From the IMG/VR virus record IMGVR_UViG_3300049178_000008, positions 1 to 29,574 of that record: 29,574 bases of DNA; one strand, 5' to 3'. This document shows positions 1-7,479 of the stretch, in pieces. The stretch comes from a virus. Its lineage: Duplodnaviria; Caudoviricetes. How positions within the stretch are numbered: the first letter of the stretch is position 1; each line of letters starts with the position of its first letter. The notes beneath the pieces were generated by a model. That model was not told the DNA's origin. It was given only the letters and a program-made list of their open reading frames with translations, and searched no databases. The position numbers and the translations under genes were made by a program.

Positions 1-327
1 GGTTGCGAGTAACAATTTAACTTTAGTCGATGCCGTGATGCTCAGATCCGTGATCACTTGGCCGATCAAAGTGTCGAGGTTCTGAAAGATCGATTTCGCT
101 GAATCGAAGTTTCCGGCGATCCAATCGTTATTAAAGTCTGTGGCGAGTTTGATAATCTCGTCCAGTCTCGAGGCGGCGCCTGGATACAAGGGTTTCAGTT
201 CCTGAACGGCGCCAGTGATAATCATTACCGTCGCCGCAACGGATTTTCCTGAACAACCGGTGATTGATAACACTCCTAAAGCTGCGGCGCCGGTGGATGT
301 TAGTTGAATGAATTGTCGTCTGTGCAT
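1..327 (-). CDS. Tat-signal lipoprotein (3' end runs off the window)
   Basis: Own translation, not in ORF track: MHRRQFIQLTSTGAAALGVLSITGC SGKSV... has a twin-arginine motif RRQFI, a hydrophobic stretch and lipobox ITG-C. The frame is open to the window edge. Confidence 0.75.
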   Translation of the reverse strand, partial: MHRRQFIQLTSTGAAALGVLSITGCSGKSVAATVMIITGAVQELKPLYPGAASRLDEIIKLATDFNNDWIAGNFDSAKSIFQNLDTLIGQVITDLSITASTKVKLLLAT

Positions 328-328
328 G

Positions 329-490
329 TTACTTGAGGAAACTCACCATTCGCGGCGCAACCTCAAACAACGTAACGAGGATGCCGGCGAAATAAGTAAG
401 CCTTCCAATCTCCTGTAGTTTCGGATTACTGGCGAGAACGTAAAGCAAAAGACCTAAGACAGCGGCGAGCAATGGAACTAATATGATCAT
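329..490 (-). CDS. Small two-TM membrane protein (holin-like candidate), 53 aa
   Basis: Own translation MIILVPLLAAVLGLLLYVLASNPKLQEIGRLTYFAGILVTLFEVAPRMVSFLK. AGGAGG RBS upstream, two hydrophobic segments, start overlaps the upstream stop (ATGA). Confidence 0.7.
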   Translation of the reverse strand: MIILVPLLAAVLGLLLYVLASNPKLQEIGRLTYFAGILVTLFEVAPRMVSFLK

Positions 491-714
491 GTTTTCCTCC
501 TTTTGGGCTGGGGGAAAAGTATCGATTCACCGTGAGTTAAGACTCGAGAATCTTCGTGGTGAGAGCGGCAATTAAAGCATTCGTTGTCGTGCTCGGTGAG
601 GAATTCCTTGAAGGGAAGAACTGATCCGCATCTCCAACAGACACGATATCCTACGGTGCTTAACAGGTCGGTGTAATGCTGGGGGTAACATTCCATCGGA
701 TGCAATAATATCAC
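487..714 (-). CDS. Small Zn-finger protein (CxxC...CxxC)
   Basis: 3' part of ORF 487..801. Likely GTG start at 714 overlaps the NinG-like stop (GTGA). Motifs CWRC and CFNC. Confidence 0.55.
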   Translation of the reverse strand: MILLHPMECYPQHYTDLLSTVGYRVCWRCGSVLPFKEFLTEHDNECFNCRSHHEDSRVLTHGESILFPQPKRRKT

Positions 715-1100
715 CGAAACGTTTTTGACAATGCTTTTTCTTTTTCTTCGGAGTGGAGACGCTTGGCAATGAGTAATGCGAGCTTGCGGTCCTTCTTGCA
801 ATAAAGCTCAGAACGGACGTTAAGGGCGTCAAATCGCCTCTGGCCTAATTGCTTTAACTTCCAGGCTCGGTGTTCTTCTGGTTGCTCGGTAAAATGTCGA
901 TGGCACGAGTGACAGTGACAAGCAACGTTATCAGGATCGAATCTAACAGATTCCTTGCGCCGGCCGTGAAAGTGACTCGCTTCTCCTCCACCTTCACCAA
1001 GGTACTTGTAACAGGCCTCGCAAGTCCAATTCGCTTTGAGCCGAATGTACTTTGAGAATTCAATGTCAGCAGGATCACGCTTTATCTTGTGCCAGCTCAT
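711..1100 (-). CDS. ninG: NinG/Rap-like HNH-fold recombination endonuclease
   Basis: ADIEFSKYIRL..CEAC..EASHF..R..VRFDPDNVACHCHSCH matches the lambda NinG family pattern. Confidence 0.8.
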   Translation of the reverse strand: MSWHKIKRDPADIEFSKYIRLKANWTCEACYKYLGEGGGEASHFHGRRKESVRFDPDNVACHCHSCHRHFTEQPEEHRAWKLKQLGQRRFDALNVRSELYCKKDRKLALLIAKRLHSEEKEKALSKTFR

Positions 1101-1482
1101 ATTCGGCCACTCGTTTCCCTGAAGGAGTCATGATCATTTTGGTCTTGACATTAAAGCCTAGCTTCCTGATGTCGTAGATCCTTCCTGAAGCTCGAAACGA
1201 ACCGAACTCCTCAAGGATTTGAATCGGAGTCAATCGGCGTCCTGATTTTAACGCTTCCAGGATTGCCTGAGTCTGACTTTCTTGAATTTCAAATGGCAAA
1301 AGTGGGGTCATTTTCTTTCTCCTTACAGTCCCCTTTTCATCAGCCATTTGGACCTTGATGCCTTGATCGTCCAGAACCATGATAATCAAGCTGATTGCCT
1401 TTTCGTATTCATCAGGCGATAAGTTACGCTTTTGAATTTCGCGCTTTCTTCGTTCGTATTCGTGCCAGTCAATTTCCTTCAC
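1075..1482 (-). CDS. Winged-helix DNA-binding protein
   Basis: C-terminal SQTQAILEALKSGRRLTPIQILEEFGSFRASGRIYDIRKLGFNVKT resembles a common phage wHTH family. Confidence 0.65.
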   Translation of the reverse strand: MKEIDWHEYERRKREIQKRNLSPDEYEKAISLIIMVLDDQGIKVQMADEKGTVRRKKMTPLLPFEIQESQTQAILEALKSGRRLTPIQILEEFGSFRASGRIYDIRKLGFNVKTKMIMTPSGKRVAEYELAQDKA

Positions 1483-2797
1483 TTTGCGCCTCCTGGTACT
1501 GCGGCTGACTGCGATAAGTAACTAACTCTCCGTCAAAAGCTAATTCGGTCATAAAGATCGGGCCCTCTCTTTGTTTTGCGCATTTGAGATCCCGTTTATA
1601 GAACGTCATGCCTTGTTCGGGTTTGTCACCAAATAAAAAAATCACTGTATCTGCATCCTGTTCGATTTCGCCGCTGTCCCGCAGATCGCGCAATTCGGGC
1701 TCGCGTTTTTCCGCCTGGAAACTACGGCTGAGTTGACTAATAGCGATAATCGGGATGCGATACTCCATCGCCAGACCTTTCAAAGCCCGCGAAATTGATC
1801 CCACTTCCTGATTACGCGTTTCTTTTCTAGTGCCTTCCAGAAGCTGAAGATAATCCACAACCAGCAATTCAATCCGTTCATTCCGCCGTTCGTACTCACC
1901 TAGGTATCCGCGAATGTCCGCCACGTTCAGACTTACATCATCGACAATCATTGGCCGCATTGCCAAACGCACCACTGCGGCAATGGCTTCCTTGTACTCG
2001 CGTTCATAAATTCCCGGACGGATCTTCCAACGCGCTACATCCGCTTCCACCGCAACTAACCGATCAAATAATGATTCCCGCGTCATTTCTCGCGAGACGA
2101 TATATGCCCGGTGGCCGCTTTCCGTGATGTTCGCCGCAATATCAACCGCCAGAGTGGTTTTACCAAAACTCGTGGGAGCCGCCAAAATATACAACGCAGA
2201 AGGAATCAACCCTCCGCCTGATAGCTTGCTGTCAAGTTCCCGAAAGCCTGTAGGTAAAGCATCGGAAATACCCTTGAATAAAAGTTCGAGACGTAAGAGT
2301 TGATTATCTGCAAGTTCTTCCAGACTCGCCGGCTTGCGCTTCTCGCTGCGATACTTTCTTACTTTATCCAATTGCTCAATCGCTATGCCTAGGACCGTAT
2401 CCAGATCCTCACCTTCGTCGCCAGCTTGAGCCAGCAAGCGGTTCGCTAATTTGATTAATCCCCGCCGACGAGCGCATTCTTTGATCGGTTTGACAAAGAG
2501 GTTTAGATTGACCGCTCGCGGGAGGCCAACTGTTAAGTCACTTAAAGCCACAATTCCGCCGGCAAACTCCAGTGAGTTCTCCTTACGCATCTGCTCAGCC
2601 AAAGTAATCGAATTGATTTCCAGTTTTTCGGAGTTCAATACCAGCACGGCCCGATAAATCGATCTGTACGAAGCGACATAAAACCATTCCACCGGTAATT
2701 CGCGCCGCGCCTGATCCGCTAGTAACGGATTCAACAAGATCGAACCAAGTACGGCCCGTTCACAGTCAGGACTGTGCGGCATCTGGTCGATATTCAC
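1469..2797 (-). CDS. dnaB: Replicative DNA helicase DnaB
   Basis: N-terminal PHSPDCERAVLGSIL, Walker A APTSFGKT, LVVDYLQLL, SQLSR, DLRDSGEIEQDAD. Confidence 0.97.
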   Translation of the reverse strand: MNIDQMPHSPDCERAVLGSILLNPLLADQARRELPVEWFYVASYRSIYRAVLVLNSEKLEINSITLAEQMRKENSLEFAGGIVALSDLTVGLPRAVNLNLFVKPIKECARRRGLIKLANRLLAQAGDEGEDLDTVLGIAIEQLDKVRKYRSEKRKPASLEELADNQLLRLELLFKGISDALPTGFRELDSKLSGGGLIPSALYILAAPTSFGKTTLAVDIAANITESGHRAYIVSREMTRESLFDRLVAVEADVARWKIRPGIYEREYKEAIAAVVRLAMRPMIVDDVSLNVADIRGYLGEYERRNERIELLVVDYLQLLEGTRKETRNQEVGSISRALKGLAMEYRIPIIAISQLSRSFQAEKREPELRDLRDSGEIEQDADTVIFLFGDKPEQGMTFYKRDLKCAKQREGPIFMTELAFDGELVTYRSQPQYQEAQSEGN

Positions 2798-3530
2798 GGC
2801 CTAACCTCCTTGCTAGTTCTGCTTGCTTTTTATGCCAAGCCGCATCATGCCCGTTCCCTTTGGTTCCGGGATCGTCTATTGGTCGAAATGGCCGATCAAT
2901 CTTGTTCAGCCAGTTCACGAAAAATCTCGGCGTCAGTTTCCGCCGATTGAGAGCACACCAACGCTCCGCCTTCTGAAATTCGTGTGAGACGTCAACGTGA
3001 GAGTACGCAGGATCTTTTTTTAAATCCGCGAGCGAGAGCTCTTCTTCTTTATATAGGTTCTTCTTATACTGTTCTTCTTTATGTCCACTGTGGACGTTGC
3101 TTTCATCGATTTTGGACGTTGCAATGTCCACTGTGGACGTTGTGACTCCCTCAACGTCCCGGGTGGACGTTGTAAAACGGGTTGTGTTTTCGCGCCAGAT
3201 GTCTGTTACGGTGATTTCAAGATAGGGCTTTCCACCGCTCGGGTTGGGCAGTTCTTTTGTTCTAATCAAGGACTTGTTTCCCAGGAGGGCTCTAGGTTGT
3301 TCTAAAGCTATCCGGGCCCGGGTAACCGATCCGGTTCCCATTGAGCATTCTTTCGCGAGAGTAGCGCGAGATTTTGTGCACCTCCCGCTGCGTCCTGCGC
3401 CGGCAGCTCGCTTGATGTGTGAGTAAAGAACAAACTCAGTCGGCTTGAGCCCGAGAGTGAAAACGATATTGGGAATTTGCGTCCAGTATTGTCGTTCGTC
3501 GCCTTCGTCAAGGAACGTGTGTATTGCCAT
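2766..3530 (-). CDS. Phage replication initiator (N-terminal HTH, lambda O-like organisation)
   Basis: WTQIPN..LKPTEFVLYSHI..SRATLAKECSMG HTH, low-complexity linker carrying DNA iterons, C-terminal FFVNWL motif, directly upstream of dnaB. Confidence 0.8.
   Translation of the reverse strand: MAIHTFLDEGDERQYWTQIPNIVFTLGLKPTEFVLYSHIKRAAGAGRSGRCTKSRATLAKECSMGTGSVTRARIALEQPRALLGNKSLIRTKELPNPSGGKPYLEITVTDIWRENTTRFTTSTRDVEGVTTSTVDIATSKIDESNVHSGHKEEQYKKNLYKEEELSLADLKKDPAYSHVDVSHEFQKAERWCALNRRKLTPRFFVNWLNKIDRPFRPIDDPGTKGNGHDAAWHKKQAELARRLGREYRPDAAQS
3041..3172. repeat. Probable replication origin: four TGGACGTTG iterons plus an adjacent AT-rich tract inside the initiator gene
   Basis: TGGACGTTG at 3091, 3113, 3134 and 3164. 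ATGTCCACTGTGGACGTTG is exactly repeated at 3081-3099 and 3124-3142. AT-rich tract at 3041-3080. Confidence 0.75.
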
Positions 3531-3554
3531 TCAGGGTTTCCATTTCCGGCAGGC

Positions 3555-3700
3555 AAAACAAAAGCGGTTTATTCCGCGTTCGCATCGGCAGACCATTTTT
3601 CCCACTCCACCTCAATTTTCGCAGGAAAGACAGTGAGCGCAACGCGGAATAAACCGCTCTGAGCTAAAAAGGTAGAGTGATTTTAATGGCCTGCCGATGT
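3555..3700 (-). ncRNA. C4/CI-like structured antisense or attenuator RNA upstream of the initiator
   Basis: Perfect 18-bp inverted repeat 3563-3580/3641-3658 followed by a U-rich tail on the - strand. Loop segments 3583-3597 and 3603-3612 are complementary to upstream 3685-3699 and 3670-3679; the two mismatches are G.U wobbles only on the - strand. Confidence 0.65.
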
Positions 3701-3709
3701 GCCTGTCAA
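3680..3709 (-). promoter_or_regulatory. sigma70 promoter P2 (TTGACA-18-TAAAAT)
   Basis: -35 at 3704-3709 and -10 at 3680-3685 on the - strand. Confidence 0.6.
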
Positions 3710-3739
3710 ATCACGAAATTTGCAAAGAACTATGGCGGA

Positions 3740-3767
3740 ATTTTACTCCACCATTAAGAACTGTCAA
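3740..3767 (-). promoter_or_regulatory. sigma70 promoter P1 (TTGACA-16-TAAAAT)
   Basis: -35 at 3762-3767 and -10 at 3740-3745 on the - strand. Confidence 0.6.
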
Positions 3768-3859
3768 CAGCGATAGTGTTTTATTTTTGCAATCAAAACT
3801 CAACCATTCTTAAAACTTTTTTCTGTACCCTGTTTCCAGACATTTCAAATTACCTCTTT

Positions 3860-3897
3860 GGGCTGTGAAAGCTGGACACTTTCATGGCCCTTTTTTT
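3860..3897 (+). terminator. Intrinsic terminator on the + strand
   Basis: GGGCTGTGAAAG-ctggaca-CTTTCATGGCCC forms a 12-bp stem (two G.U pairs valid only on +) followed by T7. Confidence 0.65.
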
Positions 3898-4309
3898 AGC
3901 TCAGAAATAACTGCTGCTCTGCTCGCCGCCTTCTGATCAATCCCAACATCACCTTCCCGGCTGCCTTGTCCCACTTCAAGATCCTCTGAGGTACTGCCTT
4001 GATACCCTGATTCATTAGCTTCCTGAGATTCCCGGCGCCGCAGTTGAATGTGAAACTAACCAGAGCTGAAAACTGATTCTCAGTCATCTCAATCCCTAAC
4101 CCATTAACCGCATCCTCAGCGTCTGATAGGTCCTCTCTCAGCCATTCCTCAGCCTGGGCCTGAGTACAAGTATCCCCTTTGTTGACGTCTTTAGTGTGGC
4201 CGTAACCTATCGTCCAGGGATCTCCTCCAGTACCAGGATCGGGATAAGCCTTCAGTCTTAAACCTTCAAATGAGGCTATTAAATCAATTCCTGCTTGATT
4301 GGTTTTCAT
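3896..4309 (-). CDS. Phage lysozyme/endolysin (GH24)
   Basis: GIDLIASFEGLRLKAYPD..WTIGYGHT, NQFSALVSFTFNCG, GLIRRRRAEQQLF. GGAG RBS. Confidence 0.95.
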   Translation of the reverse strand: MKTNQAGIDLIASFEGLRLKAYPDPGTGGDPWTIGYGHTKDVNKGDTCTQAQAEEWLREDLSDAEDAVNGLGIEMTENQFSALVSFTFNCGAGNLRKLMNQGIKAVPQRILKWDKAAGKVMLGLIRRRRAEQQLFLS

Positions 4310-4401
4310 TGATTCTCCTTCTGAATTGTGGCTGTGTCCCGAAGGTAACAGGATGTATTATGCAGGCATCCTATGCGCCTCTCAGCGCCACCACCACAAA
4401 C

Positions 4402-4584
4402 TCAACAAAACTCCTGCAACTTCCGAAAATTCTCCGCTGCGTCCCGATAGAACCCCTCCGCATGTTTTAACATTTCAATCTGCGGCGGAGTCAGGGTTCG
4501 ACAGAGATCGTCAATCATTAACAGATTAGTTGCCGCCATCGCCCTTTGCGTCGCTAACTGTTTCTCGGATTCAAGATCAATCAT
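4402..4584 (-). CDS. Hypothetical protein, 60 aa
   Basis: AAGGAG RBS upstream and co-oriented with neighbours. Confidence 0.6.
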   Translation of the reverse strand: MIDLESEKQLATQRAMAATNLLMIDDLCRTLTPPQIEMLKHAEGFYRDAAENFRKLQEFC

Positions 4585-4690
4585 TTTGTTCTCCTTTTTG
4601 AAGGCGGATAAGACCCATGCGTGAACTTACCCGCCCCCTTCCTGCGTCCGTTTTCCCCGACAGTTTACCCGCTGTCCAGACGCAGAAACC

Positions 4691-5056
4691 TTAAAACGGC
4701 GGTCCGTCATCGTCGGCCGGCGCACCGCCCCAATCTTCCCGCGGAGGCTTGACTCGCCGCACTCGGATGCAGTCCACCGTATCGCCTTGGAACTCTGTCT
4801 CAGTAGGAAACAATGTGATGTCTTTCCCAATCCACCCCTTGGTGTCCATCGCCCCCAGGTTTTTGGCGATTATGTTCGCATTGGTCTTGTTAACGATCCA
4901 GGCTTTCTCCGTGCCGGTGAATGTAGCGACCAACTTCTTCCCCTGTCCGTTCGGCAAAGCAACCAGATCAATCGATTCAATCGTTACCGTGACATCCCGA
5001 CCTTTAAGATCGTCGGTTTTCAGGTACTTCGATGGGAATGCATCGTTTAAATTCAT
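4691..5056 (-). CDS. Putative single-stranded DNA-binding protein
   Basis: FPSKYLKTDDL..VTIESI..NKTNA..WIGKDITLF..IRVR family pattern, acidic-aromatic tail DDDGPPF, AAGGAG RBS. Confidence 0.7.
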   Translation of the reverse strand: MNLNDAFPSKYLKTDDLKGRDVTVTIESIDLVALPNGQGKKLVATFTGTEKAWIVNKTNANIIAKNLGAMDTKGWIGKDITLFPTETEFQGDTVDCIRVRRVKPPREDWGGAPADDDGPPF

Positions 5057-5514
5057 AGCAGTTCAGCTCCTTTGTGTTTTCGAGTTAGGTTGCCGGAGTT
5101 GGCTGCGGGACTCAGATTGCGCTCCGGCCTTGATACCCTGTCACCGCCTGCCTATGACACAACGATGATGTTGGCATTGGTCCCACAATGCAGGGATTTT
5201 TCTTGCCTCCCTTTCGGGAATCTGTGTTATTCTATCATTGCCTATGATATGAAAATGAATCTTAGATTCCCCAATTCAAATCAGAAGCAACATCGGTCGC
5301 ACTTCAAAACTGCACGGCCAAATCGAAGTCTGCGACAAGCTCATGTGTGTGCCGGAAATCCGGGCAACGAGAAACTGGTTGATGTTTCAAGAAACACCTG
5401 CGCCCCGGTCCATATGCCAGTGCCTGCAAACGCAGGATAGTACTTACTAACGGCATACGAAGGCTTTTTAACAGTAGCCCCATAGTACTACTGGCGGGGA
5501 TGGTGGTGTGTCTC

Positions 5515-5862
5515 TTAATTGAAATCATGCTTATCCTGTAATTCCAGATGCCTCAGCCGACTCTGAGTTGAACTGATGGCGGTTTGGATCGCCCTGATCC
5601 TTTTGTCCAGATAATCCACTTTCGCCTCGGCTATCCTTGCCTGAGTCATTTCCTGAGCACAAGCCTTCACGGCTAAAGCATCCTTGATTTTCAACGTCAC
5701 TTCATCCGGCGCCGTTAAAATACAATCCGCATAGAGAATGTCATACTCACTCCGAAGCTCAGCCGCTTTCTGGGAGGCCTCGCCATACTGCTCAATCGCT
5801 TCACCGAGTTTGTGATTCAGCCGGCTTAACTCTTTGTGGATTGATATGAGATCATCAGACAA
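5515..5862 (-). CDS. Coiled-coil hypothetical protein in the recombination module
   Basis: All-helical heptad pattern; overlaps the exonuclease stop. Confidence 0.7.
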   Translation of the reverse strand: MSDDLISIHKELSRLNHKLGEAIEQYGEASQKAAELRSEYDILYADCILTAPDEVTLKIKDALAVKACAQEMTQARIAEAKVDYLDKRIRAIQTAISSTQSRLRHLELQDKHDFN

Positions 5863-6634
5863 TTTGGATCTCTCCCGGCCCTAGAGCTACACAACTGTCT
5901 AAATGTTGACAATACTGGCACGGCCATCTGGTTTCTTTAGGCTTCTCAATGATCTTCCCTTCATACTCCCTCGCAGGGATCACAAAGTTTCTTACCTTAT
6001 CAACAATTTCTTTATGCCTCTTGACTTCTGCGAGGATCTGCGGCATTAAATATTCAGTCTTAAAGCGCCACTCGAAACATACTGCTTCGTCTTTCGTTGC
6101 TGTCTTTCTTACGTAGATAATTGCTATGTACGGTGCCGTCAATATGTGAGCATAAATACCCGCCTGGAGTTTATGCTCAAGTTTTGGCCCTTCAGCCGGC
6201 TCGTCTTTCTTAAACCATCTTCCGTTCGATTTCAGGGGTATTCCTGTAGCCTTCATGAAAGCAAAATCAGCTACCGACTTGATTTCACAAACTATCAGTC
6301 CACCGTCCTCAGCCGAATAAACCAGATCCGCATGGGCAGTGAGGAAGTCCTCTAATTCCAGTTCAACCTCTTCCTGGGCGGCGTCTGGATACGCTCCTAA
6401 CATGGCATCCTGAACCAGATCATGGATGAAACCCCCAATCTTGAAATTGAGTAAACTTTCACCCGAGATTTCATTTGACGCCGGGTGGCCTGAGATAGAA
6501 AGCCCTATTGCGCGGCTGCATTTGCCCGCTAACGAGGCTCTGGAACGAATTAGACCCTCTGGGTAGGCTTTTTCCTCAAACGCCTGTAATCGCCTTAAAT
6601 GGCCGAAAAGGGTCTCTTGAATACGCTCTAGCAT
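5855..6634 (-). CDS. Cas4-like PD-(D/E)XK exonuclease with Fe-S cluster cysteines
   Basis: RASLAGKCSR, GGFIHD, AHADLV..EIKS, QAGIY, C-terminal PCQYCQHLDSC. Start placed at ATG 6634 (TAATG coupling), not 6730. Confidence 0.85.
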   Translation of the reverse strand: MLERIQETLFGHLRRLQAFEEKAYPEGLIRSRASLAGKCSRAIGLSISGHPASNEISGESLLNFKIGGFIHDLVQDAMLGAYPDAAQEEVELELEDFLTAHADLVYSAEDGGLIVCEIKSVADFAFMKATGIPLKSNGRWFKKDEPAEGPKLEHKLQAGIYAHILTAPYIAIIYVRKTATKDEAVCFEWRFKTEYLMPQILAEVKRHKEIVDKVRNFVIPAREYEGKIIEKPKETRWPCQYCQHLDSCVALGPGEIQIV

Positions 6635-6825
6635 TACCCGATCTCCGCAATAAGAGCCTGTAACTTCTGGCGGGTAGGTTCTGAGCCGAACTCTTCCCAG
6701 TAATCTCTTACGGTTCTTTCTAGATCCCACTCCACCAATCCCCGGTGGAAACCAACTGGATACGACGCGATATCGTTAGACGATTCCGTCTCGGAGTAGT
6801 TCAAGTCCTGTTTGGTTAAGCTCAT
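6634..6825 (-). CDS. Hypothetical protein, 63 aa
   Basis: GGGAGG RBS; translationally coupled on both sides. Confidence 0.6.
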   Translation of the reverse strand: MSLTKQDLNYSETESSNDIASYPVGFHRGLVEWDLERTVRDYWEEFGSEPTRQKLQALIAEIG

Positions 6826-7013
6826 AATTGCCTCCCTACCAAATATCCCGGATCGGATTCATCCAAAATCCTGTCTACCTCTAGAACCGGACCCTTTGAA
6901 CCCGATATCTCAATCCACGGCGTTCGTGGCTTCTCATTCCGTCGCTTGATCGCTTCCTTCGCCAGTTCCCTTGGAGATATCCGCTCAGGATCTATCACTC
7001 GTAAATTAGCCAT
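6822..7013 (-). CDS. Hypothetical protein, 63 aa
   Basis: GGGAGG RBS; ATGA overlap with the downstream gene. Confidence 0.6.
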   Translation of the reverse strand: MANLRVIDPERISPRELAKEAIKRRNEKPRTPWIEISGSKGPVLEVDRILDESDPGYLVGRQL

Positions 7014-7182
7014 GCTTCCTCCCGTTCTTCCGTTTCTTGTATTTCTCTATCTCAATCCGGCGAAACATCCATACTCCTCCGAACCGTTCCGCTTTTAACT
7101 TGTCGGCCAGTTGGCGAATCCGGCGATCCGTCAGCTTCAACATTGCCGCTGCTTCCTGTGATGTTATTAGATTTCCGTTCAC
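7006..7182 (-). CDS. Xis/MerR-like (HTH_17-type) small DNA-binding protein, 58 aa
   Basis: Own translation, not in ORF track: MNGNLITSQEAAAMLKLTDRRIRQLADKLKAERFGGVWMFRRIEIEKYKKRKNGRKHG. The GTG start lies 8 nt after a -10 box. Confidence 0.8.
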   Translation of the reverse strand: MNGNLITSQEAAAMLKLTDRRIRQLADKLKAERFGGVWMFRRIEIEKYKKRKNGRKHG

Positions 7183-7277
7183 GGCAACTGACTATAATCC
7201 CGCAAGGCTGGCTTGTCAAGAACTATTTTTCCGCCTGCGGAAATTATTTGCTTGACATCTATTTCCGTTTGCGGTAG
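7172..7277. promoter_or_regulatory. Three operator-like palindromes TTTCCG-N4-CGG(AAA)
   Basis: tttccgttcacggcaa 7172-7187, tttccgcctgcggaaa 7228-7243, tttccgtttgcggtag 7262-7277. Confidence 0.65.
7191..7219 (-). promoter_or_regulatory. Leftward sigma70 promoter (TTGACA-17-TATAGT)
   Basis: -35 at 7214-7219 and -10 at 7191-7196; would give a near-leaderless mRNA for the HTH gene. Confidence 0.8.
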
Positions 7278-7280
7278 TCT
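7252..7280 (+). promoter_or_regulatory. Rightward sigma70 promoter (TTGACA-17-TAGTCT)
   Basis: -35 at 7252-7257 and -10 at 7275-7280, followed by GGAGG and ATG 7300. Confidence 0.75.
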
Positions 7281-7299
7281 CTGGCTGGAGGATAAATCA

Positions 7300-7479
7300 A
7301 TGAATGACATCTTAGCAGTAGCCTTGAAAGCAATGGCGGAAGCATCGGATGAGATCGTGGAAGGATCGGGAGACGCTATTCGGGAATTCTCAAAACAGTT
7401 TGCTTCCAGACCGAAGCCGGAGACTTCCTTTGACGATCCTGATCACTGGAATATTGAAGAAGGAGGGAATCCTCTGTGA
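7300..7479 (+). CDS. Hypothetical acidic early protein, 59 aa
   Basis: GGAGG RBS before ATG 7300 (track ORF 7213..7479 trimmed to this start). Confidence 0.65.
   Translation: MNDILAVALKAMAEASDEIVEGSGDAIREFSKQFASRPKPETSFDDPDHWNIEEGGNPL

Noticed and set aside
5060-5135. Possible HDV-like ribozyme or tRNA upstream of the SSB-like gene
   Set aside because: Only one 7-bp stem is evident; I could not fit P2/P3/P1.1 or a cloverleaf with a T-loop.
5072-5528. Overlapping ORFs 5072..5440 (+) and 5304..5528 (-)
   Set aside because: Neither has a convincing RBS or motif, and I cannot decide which, if either, is real.
5855-6634. Cas4-like gene as part of a CRISPR-Cas system
   Set aside because: No array or other cas genes are present; solo Cas4-like exonucleases are common in phage recombination modules.
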